A stretch of 60,626 bases of DNA from Acidobacteriota bacterium (GTDB taxonomy: Bacteria; Acidobacteriota; Thermoanaerobaculia; Multivoradales; J023): NCBI GenBank assembly GCA_038747035.1, contig JBCDKB010000002.1, positions 1-60,626 of the forward strand. The letters are read 5' to 3'. Positions 11,192 to 20,100 of this stretch are shown here, piece after piece (the stretch's first letter is position 1; every line of letters begins with the position of its first letter). The translations under genes were made by a program, and so were the position numbers. The notes beneath the pieces were generated by a model. The model saw nothing but the letters and a program-made list of their open reading frames with translations. It was not told where the DNA came from and did not search any database.

Positions 11192-11486
11192 GTGGCACCG
11201 TGAGTCAGGCAACTCGTGAGGAGTTATGAGACGGACCCGAGGGGCCCTTTGAGCTCTGGTTTTCGCCCCCGGGCTTTCCTCTGCCAGAGGCTGGCGAAGA
11301 GGAGCTCGAGGTCGAGGAGCAGGGCGTCGAAGGTCGTGCGTCTCATGCCTCAAGACATAAGCAACAGGCGTGCCAGGTCTCCTGGTCTCGCAGAATCAAC
11401 CTCTAGAACCGCCTTTCCGGGCGTTTGTCTGCGGAAGCAGACACGATCCGTCCCGGTCTATGGACGGCCGAGCTGACGCAGTGTCC
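11192..11486 (-). other. Orphan transcribed unit between the GT4 stop and the terminator: candidate 40-codon sORF (11224..11346) or structured sRNA
   Basis: The minus-strand ATG at 11346 opens a 40-codon frame (MRRTTFDALLLDLELLFASLWQRKARGRKPELKGPLGSVS), G/C-rich at third positions in its first half. An 8+4 bp long-range helix pairs the start-codon region (11339-11346, 11348-11351) with the stop-codon region (11226-11233, 11218-11221). Several local hairpins are also present. Confidence 0.3.
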
Positions 11487-12674
11487 TCAATCGGCGACGG
11501 CGTCGAGGCGACGTCGATAAACCGCCGCCAAAGCCTGCGCCACTTTGGCCGGTGCGTGGTCCCCGAGGGCCGTGCGTCCCGCTTCGATCAGGCGCTCCCC
11601 GGCCTCCCTGACCGCCGTGACGCCCTGCGCCCACTGCTCGGCGCCGTCGGCGACCACGAGCTCGCGGCCCGATTCGTAGCGCAGCCCGCGGGCCGCCGCC
11701 GGGCTGGCGAGAACCGCCACGCCGCGGGCCCAGGCCTCGAGGATCTTCATCCGCACGCCGCTCGAGACGAAGAGCGGGACCGCGAGGATCGACCCGGGCG
11801 GCATCGCTTCGGCGCTCGAACGCGGCGCCGGGTGGACGTCGACGCCGGGGGAACCGGCGCCGTCAAACCCGAAGAGGTGCAGCCGGGCCCGGGGGTGGGC
11901 CGCGCGGACCGCCGGCCACGCCGACTCGAGGAACCACCGCGCCCCGTCCCGATTCGGCCACCAGCCCGGGCTGCCGAAGAGCACGACCGCAGGGTCGCCT
12001 TCGAGCCGGGCGACGGCGGGGCGCGGGCTCCCGGAAGCCGGCTTGAGCGCGCCGGGGAAAGGCGCCGGAATCGCCTGCACCTGGTCCGCACCGACGCCGG
12101 CGAGCTCCCGCAGCCGCCCGGCGTCGGCCTCGGTCAAAGCGACGGTCGCTGAAGCCGTCCGCACGGCCTCGGCTTCATAGGCCGCCAGCCGGGACCCCTC
12201 GACCCGCAGGGGTGCCGCCAAGATGCGGCGCCGCCGGGCGAGTGCATGCCACAAGTCGCTTTCGACGTTCTGCGCCCGCAGCACCAGCGGCAGACCGAGT
12301 CCCGCGCCGGCGTCAAAGGCCTGGACCTGCTCGGCGTGCACGAGGTCGAAAGACTCCGCCGACACCAGCGCCTGCGCCCTGCGACGGACCGCGCGGTGGG
12401 CGTGCCGGCGCACCGTCCACGGGCGCCTTGCCAGCGGCGATAGCGCCGCGTCAAGCAAGCGCGGACGCGGCGTCACCGAAACCGCTTCGAGCCGGCCGCC
12501 GATAGCCTCGAGGGCGGCGGCGCTCTCTTCCACACCCGAGGCGTCCCAGATCGGCGACAGGACCGTCACCCGCGCCCCCAAATCGGCCAGCGCTTCGAGG
12601 GTCAGCTGGGCCACCAGGCGTCCGCCGTCAACGGGCGGCCACGGCAGCTTGGTGGCGAGCCACAGGATGCGCAT
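11487..12674 (-). CDS. Glycosyltransferase family 4 (GT-B fold)
   Basis: 395-aa ORF with the GT4-type N-terminus MRILWLATKLPWPPVDGGR. The C-terminal half has the acidic sugar-nucleotide region (SSGVRMKILEAWARGVAVLAS). Confidence 0.75.
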   Translation of the reverse strand: MRILWLATKLPWPPVDGGRLVAQLTLEALADLGARVTVLSPIWDASGVEESAAALEAIGGRLEAVSVTPRPRLLDAALSPLARRPWTVRRHAHRAVRRRAQALVSAESFDLVHAEQVQAFDAGAGLGLPLVLRAQNVESDLWHALARRRRILAAPLRVEGSRLAAYEAEAVRTASATVALTEADAGRLRELAGVGADQVQAIPAPFPGALKPASGSPRPAVARLEGDPAVVLFGSPGWWPNRDGARWFLESAWPAVRAAHPRARLHLFGFDGAGSPGVDVHPAPRSSAEAMPPGSILAVPLFVSSGVRMKILEAWARGVAVLASPAAARGLRYESGRELVVADGAEQWAQGVTAVREAGERLIEAGRTALGDHAPAKVAQALAAVYRRRLDAVAD

Positions 12675-12694
12675 GGCTGGAGTCTAGCGCCTGG

Positions 12695-14587
12695 TCACAT
12701 CACCGACGCCGACTCTTGGGCCGGCTCGCTCAGCATCGACGCGCGAAACTCCGGGACCGCCCGACGCAGCGTCGCCAGCACGCCCGCCACGTCTTCTTCC
12801 GTCGACGCACGGCGCAGCTCCTCCAGGGTCGAGTCGACGCCCACGACGGGTCCGTCCATCTCGACGACGTGGATCTTGCCGTCGATCAACTGCACTTCCC
12901 GCTCGCCGTCGGCGAGCAGCTCTTCGAAGAGCTTCTCGCCGGGGCGCAGGCCGGTGAATTCGATATTCACATCGCGGTCGGGCACCAGGCCCGCGAGGGT
13001 GATCATCTGCCGCGCCAGATCGACGATGCGGATCGGCTCGCCCATCTCGAGCACGCAGAGCCGGCCGTAGTCGCCGTAGGCCGCCCGCAGCACCAGACCG
13101 ACGGCTTCCGAGATGGTCATGAAGAAGCGCTGGATCTCCGGGTGGGTCACCGTCACCGGTCCACCGGCGGCGATCTGCTCGCGGAAAAGCGGCACCACCG
13201 ATCCGGCAGAGTCAAGCACGTTGCCGAAGCGCACCACCGAAAAGCGGGTCGACGAGACGTCATTCATCGTGTGGATCACCAGCTCGCCGAGCCGCTTGGT
13301 GGCCCCCATGACGCTGGTCGGCCGCACGGCCTTATCGGTCGACATGAAGACGAATCGGGCCACGCCCATGGCGTCCGCGACCCGCGCCAGGTTGTGCGTG
13401 CCGAGCACGTTGGTCTTCACCGCCTCCCCCGGCGCGCTCTCCATGAGCGGCACGTGCTTGCGGGCCGCGGCGTGGAAGACGTCGCTCGGACGGTGGTGGG
13501 CGAAAAGGTGCTGGAGACGCGGCACGTCCCGAATATCGCCGACCTCCGCGACGATCTGCGCCTTGGGGTGGAGGCGTTCGAAGCGGCGCTTCAGCACGTA
13601 GAGGCCGTTCTCGTCGATATCGAGCATCACCAGCCGCCGCGCCCCGAGGTCGAGCAGCTGGGCGCAGACTTCACTGCCGATCGAGCCGGCGGCGCCGGCG
13701 ACCAGCTGGACCCGGTGTCCGTCGGGGCCGGGGGCGCGGTCGTGGCTGAACACCAGCTGCTCGCGAGACAGCAGGTCGGCGGTGGACACGTCCCGCACCG
13801 CCTCGGCGGGGTCCCGGTCCTGCAAGCTGCCGTAGCCGCGCGGCAGGATCTGGAATCGCAGGTGATCCGCAAAGCCCATCGACAAGATTTCACGCAAACG
13901 GCTCGACGGCAGGCCCGGGATCGCGATGATCACCACCCGCACGCGTAGCGCGCTCGCCAATTTCGGCAGCTCGGTCACGGCGCCGAGGATCGGTTTGCCG
14001 CCGACGATATGGCCCCACTTGTCGCGGTTGTCGTCGACGAAGCCGACCACGTGGTGGGCCTGGATGTCTTGGCCCTGGAGGGCCCGCAGCAGGGTCTCTC
14101 CGGACCGGCCGGCGCCCACGATCAGGGTGCGCTCACCCTTGCGACGGCCCCAAAGGTCGGCGCGGTACATCCACAGCAGCCGCGGGGCGAAGCGGATGCC
14201 CGCCATCGACATCGTCGACAGCAGCATTTCGAAGACCACCACGCCGCGGGGCGGAACGTCCCAGCCGAACGAGCGCAGTCCGAAATAAGCGCCGAGCACG
14301 AAAAGCACGGTGCCCATGAGCCCCGAAATGCCGACGCGGGCGCCGTCCCGCAGGCTCGAGAACTTGAACGACCAGCGATGCAGGCGAAAGTAGAGGTTCG
14401 ACGCGAGCCGCGAGGCCACCAGGAGGCCTACGGCGAACGGGAAAACCGCCAGATGTTCGCCGGGCGCGTCGAAACGCAACAGATAAGCGGTCCACAGCGC
14501 AAAAGCCGCGATGAAGCCGTCCGCCACAAGTAGCAGAAAGGGGCGAAACCGCGTCCAGCGGGCCGTGTCTTTGCTCTCCATATCCAT
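12695..14587 (-). CDS. Membrane-anchored nucleotide-sugar 4,6-dehydratase/epimerase (CapD/WbpM/PglF family)
   Basis: 630-aa ORF with four N-terminal hydrophobic helices. It has two Rossmann segments (IVGAGRSGE and VAGAAGSIGSE) and the family motif FVFMSTDKAVRPTSVMGATKR. Confidence 0.85.
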   Translation of the reverse strand: MDMESKDTARWTRFRPFLLLVADGFIAAFALWTAYLLRFDAPGEHLAVFPFAVGLLVASRLASNLYFRLHRWSFKFSSLRDGARVGISGLMGTVLFVLGAYFGLRSFGWDVPPRGVVVFEMLLSTMSMAGIRFAPRLLWMYRADLWGRRKGERTLIVGAGRSGETLLRALQGQDIQAHHVVGFVDDNRDKWGHIVGGKPILGAVTELPKLASALRVRVVIIAIPGLPSSRLREILSMGFADHLRFQILPRGYGSLQDRDPAEAVRDVSTADLLSREQLVFSHDRAPGPDGHRVQLVAGAAGSIGSEVCAQLLDLGARRLVMLDIDENGLYVLKRRFERLHPKAQIVAEVGDIRDVPRLQHLFAHHRPSDVFHAAARKHVPLMESAPGEAVKTNVLGTHNLARVADAMGVARFVFMSTDKAVRPTSVMGATKRLGELVIHTMNDVSSTRFSVVRFGNVLDSAGSVVPLFREQIAAGGPVTVTHPEIQRFFMTISEAVGLVLRAAYGDYGRLCVLEMGEPIRIVDLARQMITLAGLVPDRDVNIEFTGLRPGEKLFEELLADGEREVQLIDGKIHVVEMDGPVVGVDSTLEELRRASTEEDVAGVLATLRRAVPEFRASMLSEPAQESASVM

Positions 14588-14730
14588 CCAGTGCCGTCAT
14601 CCGTGCGCAACAAAAGGTAGCGAACGTTCCAGAAAGATCGGGCGAAAAGGCCACTAAGTCTTTCTGATCCGGGGCGTTGGGGGGATCCTAGCATTGTTTG
14701 CTTAAGGCCAACATTCCGGGCCCCCGCACC

Positions 14731-17136
14731 CTATTCCACGCGCACGGTCACCGCCGGCGACCGGATATCGGTGAACGGAACCTCCGCCTGGATGGTGTGG
14801 TCGCCCGGGCGCAGCGGCCACCGTTTGACGAAAGGGTAATTCGCCAAGGCAAAGGGTTCACCGTTCACCCGCCACAGGATTTGTTCCGGCGGCGGGTCGA
14901 CGACCGCCCGCAGCGCCAGCGTATTGCGCGACGGCGGCATCTCCGGGTCGAGGAAGACCCGCAGTCCCTTCACCGGCGACGTGATGCGCACCGTGGTGGA
15001 TGGGCCGGCGGGCGACGCCACGCTTCTCAGTCCGTCCGCGACGACCGACGGCGGTCGCGGCAGCCCCGCCGCCGCCTGCCAGGCGGCGTAGCGGGCCGGC
15101 AATTCCACGAAGCTGCGGACCTCCACTTCGGCCGGCGGCGTCGCCGAGCTCGCCAGGCGGCCGCCGGTCTTCTCCACCGCCACCAGGCGGTGGGCCCGGC
15201 AAGGTTCGAGCGGCGGCGCCGCCGCCCGCCGCCACTCCGCGACCACGCGGCCGCACGCCGGCCCCGCTCGGCGTCCGGTGAGGGGGCAGGTCCGCGCTTG
15301 GCGGTAGCCCCGTGGGGCCGGGAATGGCTCGGGGTCGAGGCCGTCGACCGCCTCCGGGTGCAGGCGCATCAAGATGTCACGGGCGATCGGCGCGGCGCCC
15401 CGGTAGCCGGAGACGCCCTGCATCGGGTGGTGGTCGGGGTGACCGACCCACACGACCACCAGCCAGCGCCGGGTATAGGCGACGGTCCAGGCATCCCGGT
15501 ATCGAGACGACGTGCCGGTCTTGAAGGCGGCGGGAAAAGGCACCTCGAGGGATCCGGTGCGGGGGAAAGACGGCAGCCGCGCCTGGACGTCGGAAAGGAA
15601 GCTCGTGACGAGTCGGGCGGCGTCCTCTCCGAGGTGCCGCGTCGGGGGCGGCGGCTCAGGAGCTTCGAGCCAGCGCAGCGGCCGCCGCAGGCCGTCGCCG
15701 GCGAGCACGGTATAGGCCTCCGCCAGATCCTCGACCGTCACCGCCAGGCCGCCGATCGTCAGTCCGAGGCCGTAGCGCTCCGGCCCCGCGGGATGCGCCG
15801 CGGACGCCCGGGCCCCGCCGACCAGGCCGAGCCGGTCGAGCAGCGCCCAGCCCTTGTCGAGGCCGAGCTGCGAGAGCACCGTGGCCGCCGGCACGTTGCG
15901 CGAGTTCGCCAAGGCGTAGCGCGGCAGCAGCGGACCGAGAAAACGACCGTCGGAATTTTGGATGCCGCCGGCGCCGCGCTCGAGGTCATCGAGGATCCAC
16001 GTCGGCCGCAGCTCACCCCGGTCGAGGGCCAGGCCGTAGAAGAAGGGCTTGAGCGTGCTGCCCGACGAGCGAGGGACCTTCAGGTAGTCGATGGAACCCG
16101 CGTAGTCGGCGTCAAAAAAGTCGGCGGAGCCGACGGCGGCGCGCACGTGGCCCCCCGGCAGCTCGACCACCAGCGCCGCGACGTTGCCGGCCCCTTTCCG
16201 GCGCCACCGCTCGACGCCCCGGCGGGCGATCCAGGTCACGTCGCGCTGCAGGCTGAGGTCCAGGGTCGTGCGCACCGGCCGTCCGGCGTCGACCGCGGCG
16301 TCCTTTTGGAAGCGAAGAACGGCGTGCAGCACTTCGTCGGGGCGGGTGCTCCGCGGCGGGATGCGCAGGGTCCGAATCTGGGCCGATGCCCGCGCCGCTT
16401 CGTCGCGGGTCAGCCACCCCTGCTCCGCGATCAGTTCCAGGATCTGCAGTCCGCGGCGCACCGCCCGGGCGCGTCCGAGGGGGTCGTGGGGATTCATCCG
16501 GGCCGGCGCCTGGGGGATGGCGGCGAGGAAAGCCGTCTCCGCCCAGCTCAGGTCCGCCACCGGCTTATCGAAGTAACGCCTGGCGGCGTGGCGGATGCCG
16601 TGGACCTGGTTGCCGTAGGGCACGCGCTGGAGGTAGTGCCGGAGGACCTCGCGGCGTCCGTGGCGCGCGACCATCCACACCGCGGTGGAGGCCTCGGCCG
16701 CCTTGCGCAGATAGGTCCGGGGGCCCGGACGCTGCATGCGCGCCACCTGCATCGCCACCGTCGACGCGCCGGACACTCTCCGGCCCGACCTGAAGTTCTG
16801 GATCAAAGCGCGGCCCACCGCCGGCGCGTCGACCCCGGGGTGTCGCCAAAAGCGACGGTCCTCCACCGCCACGGTCGCCTGGGCGACCCGCCGGGGCACC
16901 GACTCGAGGGGCCAGAAACCGTGCCGACCGGCGGGGTCGTCCGTGAGTTCCCCCAGGACCTCGCCGTGGCGGTCGAGCAGCAGCTTCGACGGCGGCGGCG
17001 AGACGAGGTCGGAGTGCCAGTAGCCGAAGGCGACGAGCCCGAGGACCGGCGCCAGCGGCACGGCGACGAGCGCCGGGAGCCACCGCCGACGGGCTGCCGC
17101 GAATCGGCGGAGCCGGGTCGCGGCCCGTCGGATCAC
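14731..17136 (-). CDS. pbpC: Penicillin-binding protein 1C (bifunctional-type glycosyltransferase/transpeptidase)
   Basis: 801-aa ORF with a GTG start. It has the GT51 motif EDRRFWRHPGVD and transpeptidase motifs GSTLKPF (SxxK), SRN and KTGTS. The C-terminal beta-domain is typical of PBP1C. It lies directly downstream of an alpha-2-macroglobulin gene. Confidence 0.85.
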   Translation of the reverse strand: MIRRAATRLRRFAAARRRWLPALVAVPLAPVLGLVAFGYWHSDLVSPPPSKLLLDRHGEVLGELTDDPAGRHGFWPLESVPRRVAQATVAVEDRRFWRHPGVDAPAVGRALIQNFRSGRRVSGASTVAMQVARMQRPGPRTYLRKAAEASTAVWMVARHGRREVLRHYLQRVPYGNQVHGIRHAARRYFDKPVADLSWAETAFLAAIPQAPARMNPHDPLGRARAVRRGLQILELIAEQGWLTRDEAARASAQIRTLRIPPRSTRPDEVLHAVLRFQKDAAVDAGRPVRTTLDLSLQRDVTWIARRGVERWRRKGAGNVAALVVELPGGHVRAAVGSADFFDADYAGSIDYLKVPRSSGSTLKPFFYGLALDRGELRPTWILDDLERGAGGIQNSDGRFLGPLLPRYALANSRNVPAATVLSQLGLDKGWALLDRLGLVGGARASAAHPAGPERYGLGLTIGGLAVTVEDLAEAYTVLAGDGLRRPLRWLEAPEPPPPTRHLGEDAARLVTSFLSDVQARLPSFPRTGSLEVPFPAAFKTGTSSRYRDAWTVAYTRRWLVVVWVGHPDHHPMQGVSGYRGAAPIARDILMRLHPEAVDGLDPEPFPAPRGYRQARTCPLTGRRAGPACGRVVAEWRRAAAPPLEPCRAHRLVAVEKTGGRLASSATPPAEVEVRSFVELPARYAAWQAAAGLPRPPSVVADGLRSVASPAGPSTTVRITSPVKGLRVFLDPEMPPSRNTLALRAVVDPPPEQILWRVNGEPFALANYPFVKRWPLRPGDHTIQAEVPFTDIRSPAVTVRVE

Positions 17137-17170
17137 CGACGCCCCGACGCGGACCGAGACCGCGGGTAGG

Positions 17171-20100
17171 TCATGGCCGGAAGACCTCGACCCGGGCGCC
17201 GGCGGAGCGTCCGAAGACCGCTAGGTCGTACATCATTTCCGCCTGCGCCGGCGGCTGGGCGAAGCTGCCGACCACCGAGGCGCGGGCGCGGAAGTAGAAG
17301 TCGAAGGTGCCCGCCGGCAGGGTGTCGAAGTAGAAGGCGACGTGGTCATCGCGGAAATCCGCATACGTCGGTTCGAGGGTCAGCGCGCCGTCCGGCCGGG
17401 CTTCCGGCGGCGCCGTCGCCAAGTGCGGATTCAGCGCCTCGACGCCGGCGGCGAGTGGCACGACGACGGCGACGAAATGACGCTCTTCCGAGTTCACCAC
17501 CCGAATGTGCTCTTCCACGACGTCACCGATCGACAGCCCGAGCTCGGCGGGCCCGTCGATCTCGAGCCGCCGCGGCGGCTCTTCGTCCCGCACCAGCCAG
17601 CGGCGCTCGACGACAAAGCCGCTCCGCGCCGACTCGACCGTCGATCCGTCGCCCGCCGGCAGGTACCGGGTCTCGGCCCGCACCACCACCGGCGGCGCCG
17701 TCGCGTCGCCGAGCGCCCGCAGCTCCACGGCCCCATCGGCGGACCGCCGACTGAGCGCCGACGGCGCGCCGCCGCCCACCCGCAGGCTCTCCGGACCGTC
17801 GGGCCAGGCGACCTCCAAGGTGCGCTCCGGCAGCGTTTCGGAGCCCGGCTCGAAGAGCTCGCTGAGCGCCAGCAGCGCCGCCGCGTCCGCCTGCGTGCTG
17901 CCCCAGCCGTCGCCGCGACCCAGTCGAACCAGCGCATCCACCAGGGTCTCAAATCGACGGTCTTCCCGCGCCAGGCGGGCGAGGGCCCGGGTCATCGACG
18001 CCAGCGTCCGCGTCTCGCTCGGCAAGATCAGCGGGTTTCCCAAGCCCTTCGCCTGCAGGCCCGCGTAGACCTCCTCACCGCCCCGGAGCTGGAAGATCAC
18101 CGACGTCCAGAGCCGGTCGAGCAGGGCCGGGCGGTCGTCGGAGGCGTCGCCGTCATCGAGGGCGAGCAGCAGGCGCGCGACGTCCTCGGCGCCGAGGTAG
18201 CTGGCGTTGCGGCCGAGCTCGGCGGCGTAAGCGCTATCGAATCGCCCGAGCCGCCCCAGGGTCTCGAGCGCCATCACGCGCTCGCTCCAGTCGGCGCCGC
18301 TGACGAAGTGGGCGTAGTCGGAGCGCAGGGCCTGTTCGAGCGACCGCTCGATCGACGCCCGCAGCGCCGTCGGCACCTCGTAGCCGGCCTGCTCGGCCTC
18401 GGCGAGGAAGTGGCCGGCCCACGCCGTCAGCGATACGTAGCCGGCGCCGCCCGGCCAATAAGCCACCAGGCCGTTCGGCGCCGTCGACTGCTCGAGCCAT
18501 TCCAGGGTCTCGACGACGGCCCGCGCCGTGTGCCCTTGGGGCGGCAAGACCAGCACGTCGCGGAAGCGCCCGAGGGCGAGCTGGACGCGCGCCTTCGAAA
18601 GGCGCTGCTCGGTGCAGCCGAAGGGATAGTCGAGCAGGGCGTCGAGGCCGGCGGCCATCCGCACCAGCGCCGGACGCGACGCCGCCAGCACCTCCCGGCT
18701 GAGGCTGCCGGGGCGAACCTCGTCAGTGACCGCCGGCCAGGCGAAGCTCTCGCCGGGTTCGAGCGCCACGATCTGCCGCTCGACCACCGGCCGACGGTCT
18801 TCCACAATCGGCAGCTCGACGGCGAAAGCGTCGCCGGCCCGGTCCGCGAGGCGTTCCATACCCACCTGGACGCCGACGGTTCCGCCGGCCGGCGCCCCGT
18901 CTTCACCCCACGGATCGGCCGCCGAGGGCGGCGTCGGCACGGTGACGTCGAAGGCGATGCGCTCCGGGTCCACCGGCGAGAGCACTAGCTCCCGCTCGAG
19001 GTCGGCGCCGCCGTCCAGGAGTTCCAGGCCGTCGAGGCGCACTTGAACCGCGGCCGGACCGCCGTCCCCGGACACCACGCGGCCGACGGCGGCGGCTTCA
19101 AATCGGTCGCCCGGGCGCACGAAGCGCGGCAGGGCGGGCTGCACGATCACCGGCAGTCGCACCGACAGCCGCGACTTGGCGGCGCCGAAGCGCTCCGGCC
19201 CCGACAGCGCCTTGGCGCGGACCGCGAAATCCGTCAGGTCGTCCGGCAGCTGCACCTGGACGGTGAGCTCGCCGTCCGGGCCCACCTCGAGCCCCGATTC
19301 GAAGAAAGGCACCGGGTTGAAGTTCTTGCGCACGGTCTGGCGGTCGAGCACGCCGCGCTCCTCCGCGCCTTCACCGCCGCCGGGCAGCTCGGCGAAGGGC
19401 AGGTCGCCGAAAATGGCCCCCCGGGTGTCGCGCACTGCGAGCCACGAGGACACCGGCGTGACGAAATCGGGCACCGGGTCGAGGCGCTGTTCCTTGCCGA
19501 GGGCGAGCACCGCCCGGTCGACCAGCCAGAGCGTCACCTCCCCGGCCGCCGGCGAGCCGTCCGGCGTCGCCAACCGCACGGTGACGTCGAGCGGACGGCC
19601 CGGCATCGACTCCGCGGCGTGCTCGAGCTCGACCCGGAGGCGCAGGTCCACCGGATCGACGTCGAGCCACGTCGTCGACGCCAGCAGCTGGGGTCGGCCG
19701 AGGTCGGTCATATTGCCGGGGCGCGGCTCCGTGCCGTCGAGGCGGCCGCGGATCAACACCACGTGCACCGGCAGTCGGGGCGTCCAGGTGCCTTCTATCG
19801 GCAGCTCGAAGACCCCTTCGCCGCCGCGCACGGTGACCCAGCGGTAGCGATTGCCCTCGGGGGCCTCCACCACCACCATCGCCCGCGCCTCCTGGAACGG
19901 ACTCTTGAACACCAGCCGCGCCGTGTCGCCGGGGCGGTAGCTCGACCGGTCGCTCGACACGCTGAAGACTTGGGTGCTCGGCCGCTCCCACGACACGGGC
20001 TCTTCGCCGCCGGACGCGGCGTAAAGATCAACCGCAACCACCTGCGTCCTCCCGAGGCGATCGCGGGAGACCAGCTCCACCACGTAGACCCCGGGCTCGC

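Noticed and set aside
11426-11443. The hairpin TGTCTGC-GGAA-GCAGACA (GNRA-type loop on the plus strand), considered as SRP RNA helix 8.
   Set aside because: The flanks lack the conserved SRP symmetric and asymmetric loop sequences (no CCAGGUC.../...AGCAGCC context). No matching 5'/3' closing helix of appropriate length is present.
14588-14730. A TGGAAC-N5-C..C element on the minus strand upstream of the CapD-like gene, considered as a sigma54 -24/-12 promoter.
   Set aside because: The GG-to-GC spacing is off by 2 nt, and TTGC is not at the -12 position.
14698-17169. An 823-aa plus-strand ORF covering the whole pbpC locus.
   Set aside because: It is an antisense shadow ORF typical of GC-rich DNA. 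The translation is Arg/Pro/Gly/Ala-rich and low in complexity, with no motifs. The opposite strand encodes a motif-complete PBP1C.
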